Shown piece by piece: positions 46,562 to 55,797 of a stretch of DNA of 64,000 bases. Made by a program: the position numbers and the translations under genes. The DNA comes from an uncultured Gemmatimonadales bacterium (GTDB taxonomy: Bacteria > Gemmatimonadota > Gemmatimonadetes > Gemmatimonadales > GWC2-71-9). Location: contig CAWHFW010000005.1 in the NCBI GenBank assembly GCA_963828735.1, forward strand, positions 2,233,261 to 2,297,260. The letters run 5' to 3'. Under the pieces are notes generated by a model, which had not been told where the DNA came from, made no database searches, and worked only from the letters and a program-made list of their open reading frames with translations. Position 1 is the stretch's first letter; the number at the start of each line of letters is the position of its first letter.

Positions 46562-47410
46562 TCAGCGGTTCCAGCCGTCCTCTAGTATAACGACGAACAG
46601 CGCGGCGCACGTGAGGTCTGCCGTCGTCCCCGGATTGCGGGCATTGGTCGAGCTCCTGAGCTCCGCGTCGAGCGCCTGGAGCGCCCGCCTCCCGTGCTCC
46701 GAAGTTACGCCGCCGGCCTGCTCTACCTCGCGCGCGCGGCGCGACACGGCCTCCGCCGCTTCGCGACCCAGCTTCCGCGCGATGTGCGTATCGGGCAGCG
46801 CGGCGAGGATCCGCAGGTACGTCTGGACGGTGGCGTCGTCCCAGCCGAGTCCGGCGCTGCGGGCCTCGCGCAGGGCGGGCACGGCGACCTCGAACGTCGT
46901 GGCGAAGTCGGTGGCGTACTCGCGTGCGACGCTGTCCCGATCGGCCGCGATCGCCATGGCATCGCGGAGTTCGACGGTCGGCGGGGCCGCCACGTCCTCG
47001 CTGGCCGAGGAGCCCAGCCCACCCGGGCGCGCGCGCCGAATCGCGGTGTAGACCTCGGCGGCGTCGGCGACGGTGGTCGAGGCCAGCACGTCGCGCGTCC
47101 TGTCCCGCAGCGAACCGGCCGGCCGCAGGGCCGCGCAGGCCAGGGGCGAGAGCAGCAGAATGATGCCGAGGTTGGTGTTCGAGGCGGTCCACCGGTTCGT
47201 CGCGGTGACCGCGGCGAGGATGGTGGCGCCCAGCGGGCGCTCGCCGGCCGACGCGAGGGCCGGGCCGATCGCCACGGCGCTCGCCAGGAAGTCCTCGTAG
47301 CTCGTGTCGTGGAAGTGGCGCCCGGGCGAGACGTTGCCCGGCTTGGGCGCGCTGACCTCGAGCAGGCACGCGAGCTGACCGGCGGCGGCCACCTCGTCGG
47401 GCGTGTTCAC
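46562..47410 (-). CDS. triphosphoribosyl-dephospho-CoA synthase (CitG/MdcB) family protein
   Basis: GTG 47410 overlaps the upstream stop (GTGA). LLEVSAPKPGNVS...NTNLGIILLLSPL...NPGTTADL. Confidence 0.8.
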   Translation of the reverse strand: MNTPDEVAAAGQLACLLEVSAPKPGNVSPGRHFHDTSYEDFLASAVAIGPALASAGERPLGATILAAVTATNRWTASNTNLGIILLLSPLACAALRPAGSLRDRTRDVLASTTVADAAEVYTAIRRARPGGLGSSASEDVAAPPTVELRDAMAIAADRDSVAREYATDFATTFEVAVPALREARSAGLGWDDATVQTYLRILAALPDTHIARKLGREAAEAVSRRAREVEQAGGVTSEHGRRALQALDAELRSSTNARNPGTTADLTCAALFVVILEDGWNR

Positions 47411-48336
47411 CCGCGCGGGCCCACGAGCTGGTCGATCACGGCGCCGGCCACGTCGATCCCGGTGGTGGCCTGCAAGCCCTCCCATCCGGGAATCCCGTTG
47501 ACCTCGAGCACGTATGCCGAGCCGTCGCGGGCCGGCAGCAGGTCGACGCCCGCGTATTCGGCGCCCACTGCCGCCGCCGCCCGCACGGCGAGCGCGCTCC
47601 ATGCCTCGGAGAGCTGGACGGCCCGCGCCGTCCCTCCGCGGGCGAGGTTGGTGCGCCAGCCGTCCGAATGGCGCTCGATGGCCGCCAGCACGCGTCCCCC
47701 CACCACGAACGCGCGGATATCCCGCCCCTCGTGGTCGATGGCGCGCTGCAGATAGTAGACGCCGCGGATGGTCTCGATCGTCTTGAAGACCCGAAACGCC
47801 ATTTCCTCGTCGCTCACCCGCACCATTCCGAGTCCCATCGAGCCGAACAACGGCTTCACGATCACGTCGCCCAGCGCGCGGAAAGCGGCGAACGCCTCCT
47901 CGGGCGATTCGCAGACGATGGTCTCTGGTGTCGGCAGCCCGCACTGCTCGAGCAGCGCCGAGGTCCAGAACTTGTCGACCGTCCGCTCGATGGCACGCGG
48001 CGAGTTCATGACCCGCACGCCTCGGTCCTCCAGTCGGTGCAGCGCGTCCACGCGGAAGATGATCTGCTCGAGCGAGCCCGAGGGAATGATCCGGGCGAGC
48101 ACGGCGTCCGCGCGGTCGAGATCGGCCGCGCGGCTCCGAAGGCCGGGCTGATGGCCGATCGTGGCCACCAGCCCCTCGTAGGGAACGACCGACCCGGTGT
48201 GCCCGCGCGCCTCGAGCGCGCGGGTCAGCTCCCGGGTGTGCCAGCCCTCGCGGGCGGCGAGGATGACGAGGTGCAGGTTACTGCTGCTCGCCGATGAGGG
48301 CGGTGAGCCCGCCGGTCGCGAACCTGGGAAGGTCAT
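47407..48336 (-). CDS. RimK-family ATP-grasp glutamate ligase (tetrahydromethanopterin:glutamate ligase-like)
   Basis: ATP-grasp core (VIVKPLFGSMGLGM, YYLQRAI, VDLLPARDGSAYVLEVNGIPGW). Start unclear: ATG 48336 overlaps the upstream gene by 59 nt. The conserved-looking N-terminus LHLVILAAREGWH begins at a CTG (48276) just after the upstream stop. Confidence 0.8.
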   Translation of the reverse strand: MTFPGSRPAGSPPSSASSSNLHLVILAAREGWHTRELTRALEARGHTGSVVPYEGLVATIGHQPGLRSRAADLDRADAVLARIIPSGSLEQIIFRVDALHRLEDRGVRVMNSPRAIERTVDKFWTSALLEQCGLPTPETIVCESPEEAFAAFRALGDVIVKPLFGSMGLGMVRVSDEEMAFRVFKTIETIRGVYYLQRAIDHEGRDIRAFVVGGRVLAAIERHSDGWRTNLARGGTARAVQLSEAWSALAVRAAAAVGAEYAGVDLLPARDGSAYVLEVNGIPGWEGLQATTGIDVAGAVIDQLVGPRG

Positions 48337-49057
48337 CGCCGACCTTCTTGAACGCCGGGGTCGCGGTGCCTTTCTTGAGCTCATCCATCGAGTTGAAGCA
48401 CAGCTCCGCCTGGCGGTACTCGGCCGGCGCCGAACCGTCGAGGTTCGACTCGAACCGGGTCAGGTCCGCGCGGGTGAAGCCGATCTCCGGCTGGCCCGTG
48501 CCGACGAGCGGCAGATGCGTCTCGGAATAGTAGGACTCGAAGGCCGCGCTGTCCTTGGGCGCGTTGTAGATCACGGTGACGAGCGCCGGGCACGCCGCCG
48601 AACCCTTCTCGCCGGTTTCGACTGCCACCATGCCGAGAAGGCCACCCGTGGCGAACTTCGAGAGGTCGTCGCCGACCGCCTTGAAGCCCGGGGTCGCCAT
48701 GCCCTTCTTGAGGTCGTCCATGGAGTTGAAGTACAGCTCCGCCTGCCGGTAGAAAGTCGGCTTCTTGCCGTCGAGCGTGCTGGTGAACTTGGTCAGCTCC
48801 GCCTTGGTGAATCCGATCTCCTGCTGCTTGCTGCCCACGAGCGGCAGGTGGACCTCCTTGTAGTACTTCTCGAACGCCGCCGGATCCTTGGGCGTCTTGT
48901 AGATGACCGTGACGATCGCCTGCGGCCCTGCCGGTGCGGCGGGCGCGGCCGCCGTCGCGGTGTCCGCGGGCGGCGCTTCGGCCGGCTTGTCGGCGGGCTT
49001 GCTGCACGCCGTCGCGAGCGTCAGGGAGGAAACCAGCCAGATCGGAAACCGTCGCAT
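48278..49057 (-). CDS. lipoprotein with two tandem EthD-like domains
   Basis: Lipobox LTLATAC. Two roughly 105-aa repeats (VTVIYKTPKDPAAFEKYYKEVHLPLV...ELYFNSMDDLKKG... and VTVIYNAPKDSAAFESYYSETHLPLV...ELCFNSMDELKKG...). Confidence 0.75.
   Translation of the reverse strand: MRRFPIWLVSSLTLATACSKPADKPAEAPPADTATAAAPAAPAGPQAIVTVIYKTPKDPAAFEKYYKEVHLPLVGSKQQEIGFTKAELTKFTSTLDGKKPTFYRQAELYFNSMDDLKKGMATPGFKAVGDDLSKFATGGLLGMVAVETGEKGSAACPALVTVIYNAPKDSAAFESYYSETHLPLVGTGQPEIGFTRADLTRFESNLDGSAPAEYRQAELCFNSMDELKKGTATPAFKKVGDDLPRFATGGLTALIGEQQ
48281..48925 (-). repeat. intragenic tandem duplication (about 320 bp x2, roughly 70-75% identical by eye)
   Basis: The DNA of the two EthD-like halves aligns directly (for example ...gtcgccgacc..cttgaa.cccggggtcgc...cttcttgag.tc.tccat.gagttgaag.acagctccgcctg.cggta...). 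Confidence 0.7.
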
Positions 49058-49091
49058 CGCTTGCTCCTGGGGTCGGGGAAAAGGGATTCTG

Positions 49092-50066
49092 TCAGCTCGG
49101 GTAACACGACGCGGTCAGCACCTCGGGATTCAGGTGCCCCGCGTGGAACGTCCGGCCACTCTCGGTACTCGTGAGCCATACTTCCGCGGGACTGAAGAGC
49201 AGGGGGTCGATCTTGTAGAAGTCGCCCTCGTACCGCTGGAAGATCTCGTAGAACGGTGTGCCGTAGTCGCGGGATGCGGACGCCGGGACCTTGGGCGCCA
49301 GCTCCGCCAGCTCCGCGTCGCTCGCGCGAACCGTGTAGCGCGCCTGCCCACCGTACAGGATACAGTCGTTGGTCCGACCGATGGCGCGCAGGTCGTTCTT
49401 GGCCACGGGTGCGATCGGCGCGGTGCCTATCGCGCTCACCACGCGCCGGACGTCGAATCCCAGCGTCTCCATCTTGTGCAGGCCCGTTTCCAGGATCCGG
49501 GCCGAGATCTGCACGCCGCCCGCGAGGCTCGCGGTCGGCGCGACCACGAAAGTGAGCTGGGAGGGCTGCAGGCGGGCCTTCTCCGCCACCCAGAAGGCCA
49601 CCGCGTCGGTGGGGAGGGTGCGCCCCTCGAGAACCATCACGCCCTGGGCGGCCTCCTCCGCGTAGTCGAGCTTCTCGAACAGCTCGCGCTCGACGCGTGC
49701 GTGCGCCCGGAGCGGGCCCGATCCCATGGCGAAGAACTTGTCCACCGAGATGGCCCACCCCGCGTACTGCGAGGCCATGCACGAGACGGCCGGGTGATCG
49801 GTCCACACCGTGAGTCCGGGCCACGCCTCGCCGCCGACCTGAATCGGGGAGTAGGTCACGTTGCCCAACCCACCCATGCAGATCTCGCCCAGCAGAAGCC
49901 CGGCGTCGTAGCCGCCTTCGATCTCCACTCCGGCATCGATGACGCGCGCGCCGCTGGGGAGGGTCCGGGATCGCACGCGAAGCGTGGCGGCGTGCTCCTC
50001 GAGATGATCTGCGATCTCCGTCGCGAGCTCGTTCATCTGGAGCCCGGTCGTCGTCACGCTGTCCAT
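49092..50066 (-). CDS. mch: methenyltetrahydromethanopterin cyclohydrolase
   Basis: Full-length Mch-like sequence (LNVNELA-type N-terminus, GGYDAGLLLGEICMGGLG, ASQYAGW, FAMGSGPLRA, RTNDCILYGG). Confidence 0.93.
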   Translation of the reverse strand: MDSVTTTGLQMNELATEIADHLEEHAATLRVRSRTLPSGARVIDAGVEIEGGYDAGLLLGEICMGGLGNVTYSPIQVGGEAWPGLTVWTDHPAVSCMASQYAGWAISVDKFFAMGSGPLRAHARVERELFEKLDYAEEAAQGVMVLEGRTLPTDAVAFWVAEKARLQPSQLTFVVAPTASLAGGVQISARILETGLHKMETLGFDVRRVVSAIGTAPIAPVAKNDLRAIGRTNDCILYGGQARYTVRASDAELAELAPKVPASASRDYGTPFYEIFQRYEGDFYKIDPLLFSPAEVWLTSTESGRTFHAGHLNPEVLTASCYPS

Positions 50067-50815
50067 GCGAGAATCTCTCCCTTGCCGAGTTCGGCGAGGT
50101 CGCCACTGTAGCGGCGGTAGAAGCCCGTGAGGTGCCGTCCCTCGACAGGCAGACTGTAACGCGTCTTGAGCCGTGACAGCATCAGGCGCAGGTGGACCGG
50201 TTGATAGGTGCAGGCGTACCGATACGTAGCGGGAACGGTCAGCTCGCCGAGGGCGACGAGCGAGCCCCGCTTGGACCAGAGTCCGGCCGGGTTCGCCACG
50301 GACCCGAACGCGACGATCGTTCCGGCGATCATGCCCACGCCGGCGTGATCCTCCACCGACCCGCCCGCTACCAGGAGCCCGCGACGCATCAGCGCCCCGG
50401 CTTCGCGCCCGAGCGAGCCGTGCACCACGAGCTCCCCGCCGGTCATGCCTCGCCGAGCCTCCGGCGCAGCGGCTCCCGCCCGAGCGCCGGCGCTGCCGCG
50501 CACTTCGATGCTGCCGCCCGACATGCCGATTCCGACCTCGTCCCCCACATCACTGTCGACCACGACGGTCCCCTCGGTCAGCCCGGCACCGACCCTCGTC
50601 GCGCGAGTCCACTCTCCCGTGAGGCGGAGGCTCCCGTTCGGCTCGCCGGACAGGTCGCACAGGTCGCCGAGGGGGACCAGGCCGCGACCGGCAATGACGA
50701 CCGGACGCCGCGCCAGCTCCGCCGCGGACCAGCCGGTCCACGTCCCATCCAGCACGGCCGAGCAGTCCGCGGGCGCGGCGAATGGCGACCGGAGCCTGGC
50801 CTCGAGCCCGCTCAT
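50054..50815 (-). CDS. fhcC: formyltransferase/hydrolase complex subunit C (FwdC-like)
   Basis: ATG 50815 (ATGA overlap with fhcD). Repeated GxxGG beta-helix motifs (VGIGMSGGSIEVRGSAG, GMTGGELVVHGSLG, GVGMIAGTIVAFG). Confidence 0.85.
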   Translation of the reverse strand: MSGLEARLRSPFAAPADCSAVLDGTWTGWSAAELARRPVVIAGRGLVPLGDLCDLSGEPNGSLRLTGEWTRATRVGAGLTEGTVVVDSDVGDEVGIGMSGGSIEVRGSAGARAGAAAPEARRGMTGGELVVHGSLGREAGALMRRGLLVAGGSVEDHAGVGMIAGTIVAFGSVANPAGLWSKRGSLVALGELTVPATYRYACTYQPVHLRLMLSRLKTRYSLPVEGRHLTGFYRRYSGDLAELGKGEILAWTA

Positions 50816-51711
50816 GTCGCACCGTCCATGATCTTCCGCAGATGAAAATGGTGCGGGCCGAGCTTGCCCCCGTAGTTGCCCGCCGAGATGGAGACGATCC
50901 CATCGAGACAGGCGGCGCCGATGCCGAGCCGCATGGCGCTCGCGATCGCGTCCGGATCGGTGCCGTTGATGACGATCTCGAGCACCGAATTCACGGTCTC
51001 CGGCAGCGCCGTGGCGGTGATGGCGCGGAGCGTCGGGCAAAAGGCGTCGTTGGTCGACGCGATCATGCTCTTGATCCGCCGGGAGCCCACCTTGCTGCCG
51101 CTCCGGACGACGCCGCCGGGAAACGGGAGAATGACCCCGGGATGACCGCGCATCGCCTCCACGGCCGCCTCTGCCGCGGCCAGCGCCGCGTCGGCCGAGC
51201 GGCCGAGGATGAGGAAGTTGCCCCCGCCGACGCCTTTCACCATGCCGAACTTTTCCTGGACGACGAACTCACCCTCCATCACCGGGATCCGCCAGAAGCG
51301 CTCGCCGCCGATGACCTTGCTCGACTGAAAGCCGTCGCCGAAGAATCGGAGCGCGGACCCCACACCGAGCCGGTCGGGCGCATCGGGCAGGCCGTCGAAG
51401 CAGGCGGTTGTGGGGCAGGTGAGCACCGTCTGCCCGATCCGTTCGATGAGGCGTTTTGGGAGGTCGTCCTTGCTCATCGTCATCAACAGCATGCTCATGC
51501 CCGGCCGCCCATCGGGCGTCTCGCCCTCGGGCAGTTCCCGCTCGATTCCCGCTTCCACCTTGCAGCCGATCACGGAGGTCGCGAAGCCGGTCAGCTTGAG
51601 CGCGGCCTCGCGGACCCAGCGCGGGCTCCGGCCCGTGATGATCACCCGCGCCACCCGCATCGTGAACGCCTCGGCGAAGGTCTCTTCGATGAAGACGCCG
51701 CGGATGTTCAT
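50812..51711 (-). CDS. fhcD: formylmethanofuran--tetrahydromethanopterin N-formyltransferase
   Basis: Ftr-like over its full length (IEETFAEAF, RVIITG, GFATSVIGC, RIPVMEGEF, GGGNFLILG, AGNYGGKLG). Confidence 0.93.
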   Translation of the reverse strand: MNIRGVFIEETFAEAFTMRVARVIITGRSPRWVREAALKLTGFATSVIGCKVEAGIERELPEGETPDGRPGMSMLLMTMSKDDLPKRLIERIGQTVLTCPTTACFDGLPDAPDRLGVGSALRFFGDGFQSSKVIGGERFWRIPVMEGEFVVQEKFGMVKGVGGGNFLILGRSADAALAAAEAAVEAMRGHPGVILPFPGGVVRSGSKVGSRRIKSMIASTNDAFCPTLRAITATALPETVNSVLEIVINGTDPDAIASAMRLGIGAACLDGIVSISAGNYGGKLGPHHFHLRKIMDGAT

Positions 51712-51718
51712 CGCCGCC

Positions 51719-53372
51719 TCAACCCGTGACCACCGGCTCGCCGGGCAGGTCGCTCACCGCATAGTTGTCGAACGACACCGTGGCATACCGCTCGAAATGA
51801 CGCCGGAGGTCGGGCAACACCGCGTCGTCGTACCCGGGAGCCACGCGCAGGCGGCGGCCGGCGGGGGCCCGTCGCAGGTGACCCTCCTCGACGATCACCA
51901 GGCCGTCCTTGATGACGTAGCGCGGCGTCGAGAACATGGCGGCCAGGTCCGCATTGCGGCTGTAGATCGTCACATCCGCGTCGGCGCCCGGCCCGAGGTG
52001 GCCCTTGGCCCGAAGCCCGAGAAGGCGCGCCGGCCCGGCCCGCGTGATGATCGCGATCTCGTTCAGGGTGTACTCGCGGGCGAGCCCGTCCGCCAGGGCG
52101 CTCCCCGCGACGAGCTTGGGGTTCACCCGCTTGAGCTGCTCATCGCGCACGGCCCGGTCCATCAGGAGCTGGATCAGCGCCGGATACGAGAGGAACGAGC
52201 CGCCGTTCGGATGGTCGGTGGAGAGCACCACCCGCCATGGATCCGCGCTCAGGAGGAACAGTTCCAGCCCGACCGCCCACTGCAGCGCACTGACCGCCGC
52301 CTTGTCCTTGTAGATCAGCGGGACGATCCCGCAGCCCGTCTCCAGCTCGATGTCGATGTTGGTCCAGCGGCGGCCGCTGCTCTTGTGAAGCAGGTACTCG
52401 ACGGGCGCGTCCGCGGTGATGGTCGTCGCGGGGCCGAACATCACCTGGCCCACGTCGACGCTCACCTCCGGGTGCGTGTTGACGTAGTCCATCACCTCGG
52501 ACGCGGCGGAGCTCCACGGCTGGCCGCCGCCCCCGCCGTAGCAATGGAACTGCAGGTGCGTGAAGTGCGCGCGCCGGCCCGCCACGGCTTCCATGCTCGC
52601 CAGCGTCGTGGCGGCGTTGCCGGCCACGCCGAGATTGTTGCAGTGGATGTGGACCGGGTGCGGCAGACGAAGCCCGTTCGCCGCGTCCGTGAGCGTCTCC
52701 AGGATCGTCCGGGGTGTCAGGTCACGGCCGCTCACCGAGTCGTCGATGGTGGCGACGTTCCGCTGTCCCGTCTTCCACGCCTCGATGCCGCCCGGATTCA
52801 CGATCTTGACCGCGTATCCGCCGGTCGCTCCCAGAAGCCACGCCGCGTAGTCGCGCGCACGATCCCGTTCGCCGGCCTCGATCTGGCGCAGGAGGTACTC
52901 GTCGTTCCCCATGAGGACGAAGATGCCGCCGTCGACGCACGGCGTGTCGTCCAGCTCGCTGTGGCTGTGCCGCGCCGTGAGCGGCGCGACGGCTGCGTCG
53001 AATGCCGTGGTGTAGCCCAGGCCGGCGTACCGGTATCCCGTCGTGAAGGTGCTCGGAACCGTACCCGCCCGTCCCCGAGCGGGCGAGCGGCTGGTCGTCG
53101 TCGAGCGTCGGTGCCGGCGCGGGATCGGCGGCGTGCTCGTCGGGGATGAGCCGGCGGGCGTGGTTGCAGCTGGAGCTGGCGAAGTGGGAATGGATGTCCA
53201 CTCCGCCAGGCATCACGACCATGCCGCGCGCGTCGAGCGTCGGCGCACCGGCCGGGAGATCGGCGACGATGCGCCCATTCTCGATGCAGATGTCGCGGAC
53301 GTCGCCGTCGACGCCGTTTGCCGGGTCGTGAATCGCGCCGCCGACGATCCGAAGCCGCGTCGGCGCGCTCAT
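51719..53372 (-). pseudogene. fhcA: formyltransferase/hydrolase complex subunit A (FwdA-like amidohydrolase), one +1 frame break
   Basis: The N-terminus (MSAPTRLRIVGGAIHDPANGVDG...MPGGVDIHSHF...ARSGTG) lies in the frame of ORF 52722..53678. The remainder (GTVPSTFTTGYRYAGLGYTTAFDAAV...MGNDEYLL... to the stop) lies in the frame of ORF 51719..52912. The junction is at GTACCCGCCC around 53061-53070. 1654 nt is 551 codons plus 1. Confidence 0.85.
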
Positions 53373-54646
53373 CCGAGCCTCCGCGCGCCACGCGCGCGAA
53401 GCGCCGCGAGCAGCGCCGACAGCACGTCCACCGCCGTTCGGGTCGCGGGGAGCGGCGGGCGCAGCGGCAGCGGAATGTCGTCCATCCGATACGCGGTCCC
53501 GCCCTCGTGAATGCCCGGCGACGCCGGTGTCGACGGCGACCCGCGCCGGAAGCTTCGCCTCGCTCGCGCGGGGACCGATGATCACCACGGGAACGCGGGT
53601 CGCGACGGCAGCGATCTCGTCGACAATGGCCGCCGCCGCGCCGACCATCAGGATAGCGCCCGCTTCACGCTGCCGCATTCGCGACCCCCCGGGAAGCCGG
53701 CGTGTATTGCGGGTAGCCGGGTCGATAGCTGATGGCGATCGGGTAGCCGGTTTGCGAGGTGAGCACCATCTCCGCGCCCGAACGATTGCCGCCCGCTCGG
53801 AGCGAGCTGAGCGCGGCGCGCGTCGGTCCGTTCAGCGCCTCGGCCAGCGCAACAAGTCCTTCCGCCCGATAGCCGTCTCGGTCCTCGCCGCCAGGCTCGG
53901 CATCGTGCACGACGGCGGCGTAGCGCGCCTTCGTAAGGCGGCCAGCGATGTCGGCGGCCTGCTGCAGCGATGCGGGCAGCTCGCCGAGCGCGTTGCCCAG
54001 CGCCACGGCCCGCATCACCGAGAGCGCTGGGATCTCCTGGTCGGGGCTTAGCGAGAGCTCCACGTCCAGCACCCGTCGGGCCTCGGTCCCGGCCGACGCT
54101 CACCGCCATCACGGTGCGCCCGGCCCGTCCCTTCGGCACGTGCGTACCAGCAGGCTCCGGCGCGTACCGCGACCAGTATCGCGGGTAGCGCTCGCTCGGG
54201 TCCACCGCCCAGAAGAGGAGCATGTCCGCCCGATTGCGGATCTCGCCGAGGGTAGCGGCCGCACGCCCACGCCGCTGCGCCACCAGAAGGCCCGCCGCCG
54301 CCGGCTCCGACGTGGCTGTCTCCACCCGCGCGCGCAGCAGGTCGGCGAGCGCGAGTGACGCGCGCTGCGCCTGTGCGCTGATCTCCGGAGCCAGGACGAC
54401 CAGGACATTTCCCGTAGCACCGGCCAGCACGTCGGCGGCGTCGGCGATCGCGGCATCGAGCGGGACCTCCTGTCCCGAGCGACGCACGGCGGTCGGGACG
54501 CTGCCATCGGCGAACCACGTCCTCGCGAGAGGGCACGGCGGCGAGACGTTGGTGATCGCTGCGCCCGAGACCTCGACGACGAGGTCATCGCAGCCGCATC
54601 CGCAGCCCAGGCAGGTCACCGCGGCGATCCGCGTGGTCGGGCTCAC
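53369..54646 (-). pseudogene. fhcB: formyltransferase/hydrolase complex subunit B (FwdB-like), three +1 frame breaks
   Basis: GTG 54646 (GTGA overlap). Segment 1 runs from CLGCGCGCDD to ...MAVSVG. Frame shifts to segment 2 (TEARRVLDVELSLSPDQ...GYPQYTPASRG), then segment 3 (SRMRQREAGAILMVG...VAVDTGVAG), then segment 4 (IHEGGTAYRMDDIPLPL...stop, ATGA overlap with fhcA). The breaks lie at CCC 54088-54090, C6 53685-53690 and CCC 53514-53516. Confidence 0.8.
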
Positions 54647-55797
54647 GCCACCCCCCGTGCGCGCCGTGCCGTCGCGTGGTACACGGCGTCCGCGGCGGCG
54701 GCAAGCGCCGCGGTGCAGCGGTCGCCGTCTGCCGCATGGGCGAAGACGGTGCAGATGGGGCGCCCGGCGGCGATCCGCTCCCCGGGGTGCGGAACGTCGG
54801 CGATCTCGGCTTTCCACCGCGCCGGATCCCCCACCAGGACATCGTGCCGCGCGAACACGATCGCCTTCCCGCAGACGCGCACGCTCGGCTCGGGAGCTTC
54901 GGGCAGCGTCCCGGCACAGGCATCGAGATGCGCTCGAAAGAGCGAGAGGCCGGTGGCGCGTTCTACCAGCTCCATGGACGCCGAGTACCGCGGGTTCACC
55001 TCGATCGGGTAGGGCACGCCGTTCCGGGCGATGAAATCGATGCCGTTGAGCCCTTGCAAGCCGAACGCCGCGGTCACGGCATCCGCGAGCGCCACGGCAC
55101 GCCCATACAGCTCTGCCTGCCGCACGAACAGCACTGTCTTGCGGGCTGCGAGCAGGCTGCCGCAATAGCGGAAGCCCTGTGATCCGAACGCTCGGTGGCC
55201 GACCAGCTGGCGTGTGAGGCCGAGCGTCACCGCCCGGCGGCCGTCGGCGACGAAGATGATCGAGCCCGGCGGGCCGGCGATCCGCTCCTGGAGGTACGCG
55301 CCGCGCGGCACCGGTTGTCCGCGGCTCCACGCTCGCGTGCCGTGCCCACCGCCCGACCGTCTCGGCTTGAGCAGCCACCGACGAGCGTCGAGCGACGGCG
55401 TCGGCACGCTCGCGCGGGTGATCGGCACGGCGACCCCGGCGGCCGCGAGCGCCCGAGCGAGCGCCAGCGGGTTGCGGACGCGCGCGAGAACCTCGGGTGG
55501 GTTCCCCAGCAGGCGTCGCCCACGCGAGAGCACCGCGACGGCGGCGGGATGGTTTTCGAAGTTGGAGGTGTAGGCGATCAGCTCGGCGCTCACGCGGGAG
55601 GCCGCGCGAGCGGCTGTTGCGGCCCCGTATGGGCGCGCGCCCTTGTGACGGAGCGGTACGACGTCCGCGACGGCCCGGAGATCGAGGTCGCCGAAGGCGT
55701 CCACCACGGTCACCCGATACCCCGCGCGTGCGGCCGATTCGGCGAGCGCGCGGGTCGAAACGCCCGCCAGCAGGATGTGACCGCGCCGATCAGACAT
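54643..55797 (-). CDS. ATP-grasp domain protein (H4MPT/methanofuran biosynthesis cluster type)
   Basis: ATG 55797 (MSDRRGHILLAGVSTRALAESAARAGY...). ATP-grasp core (WLLKPRRSGGGHG, YLQERI, NGIDFI...PIEVNPR). Confidence 0.8.
   Translation of the reverse strand: MSDRRGHILLAGVSTRALAESAARAGYRVTVVDAFGDLDLRAVADVVPLRHKGARPYGAATAARAASRVSAELIAYTSNFENHPAAVAVLSRGRRLLGNPPEVLARVRNPLALARALAAAGVAVPITRASVPTPSLDARRWLLKPRRSGGGHGTRAWSRGQPVPRGAYLQERIAGPPGSIIFVADGRRAVTLGLTRQLVGHRAFGSQGFRYCGSLLAARKTVLFVRQAELYGRAVALADAVTAAFGLQGLNGIDFIARNGVPYPIEVNPRYSASMELVERATGLSLFRAHLDACAGTLPEAPEPSVRVCGKAIVFARHDVLVGDPARWKAEIADVPHPGERIAAGRPICTVFAHAADGDRCTAALAAAADAVYHATARRARGVA

Noticed and set aside
53060-54095. Programmed ribosomal frameshifting as the explanation for the fhcB/fhcA frame breaks.
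   Set aside because: That would require four independent +1 events in two adjacent genes. I see no shared slippery motif or stimulatory structure, only short G/C homopolymers. No precedent is known to me for Fhc/Fwd genes. Sequence error or pseudogenisation is far more likely.
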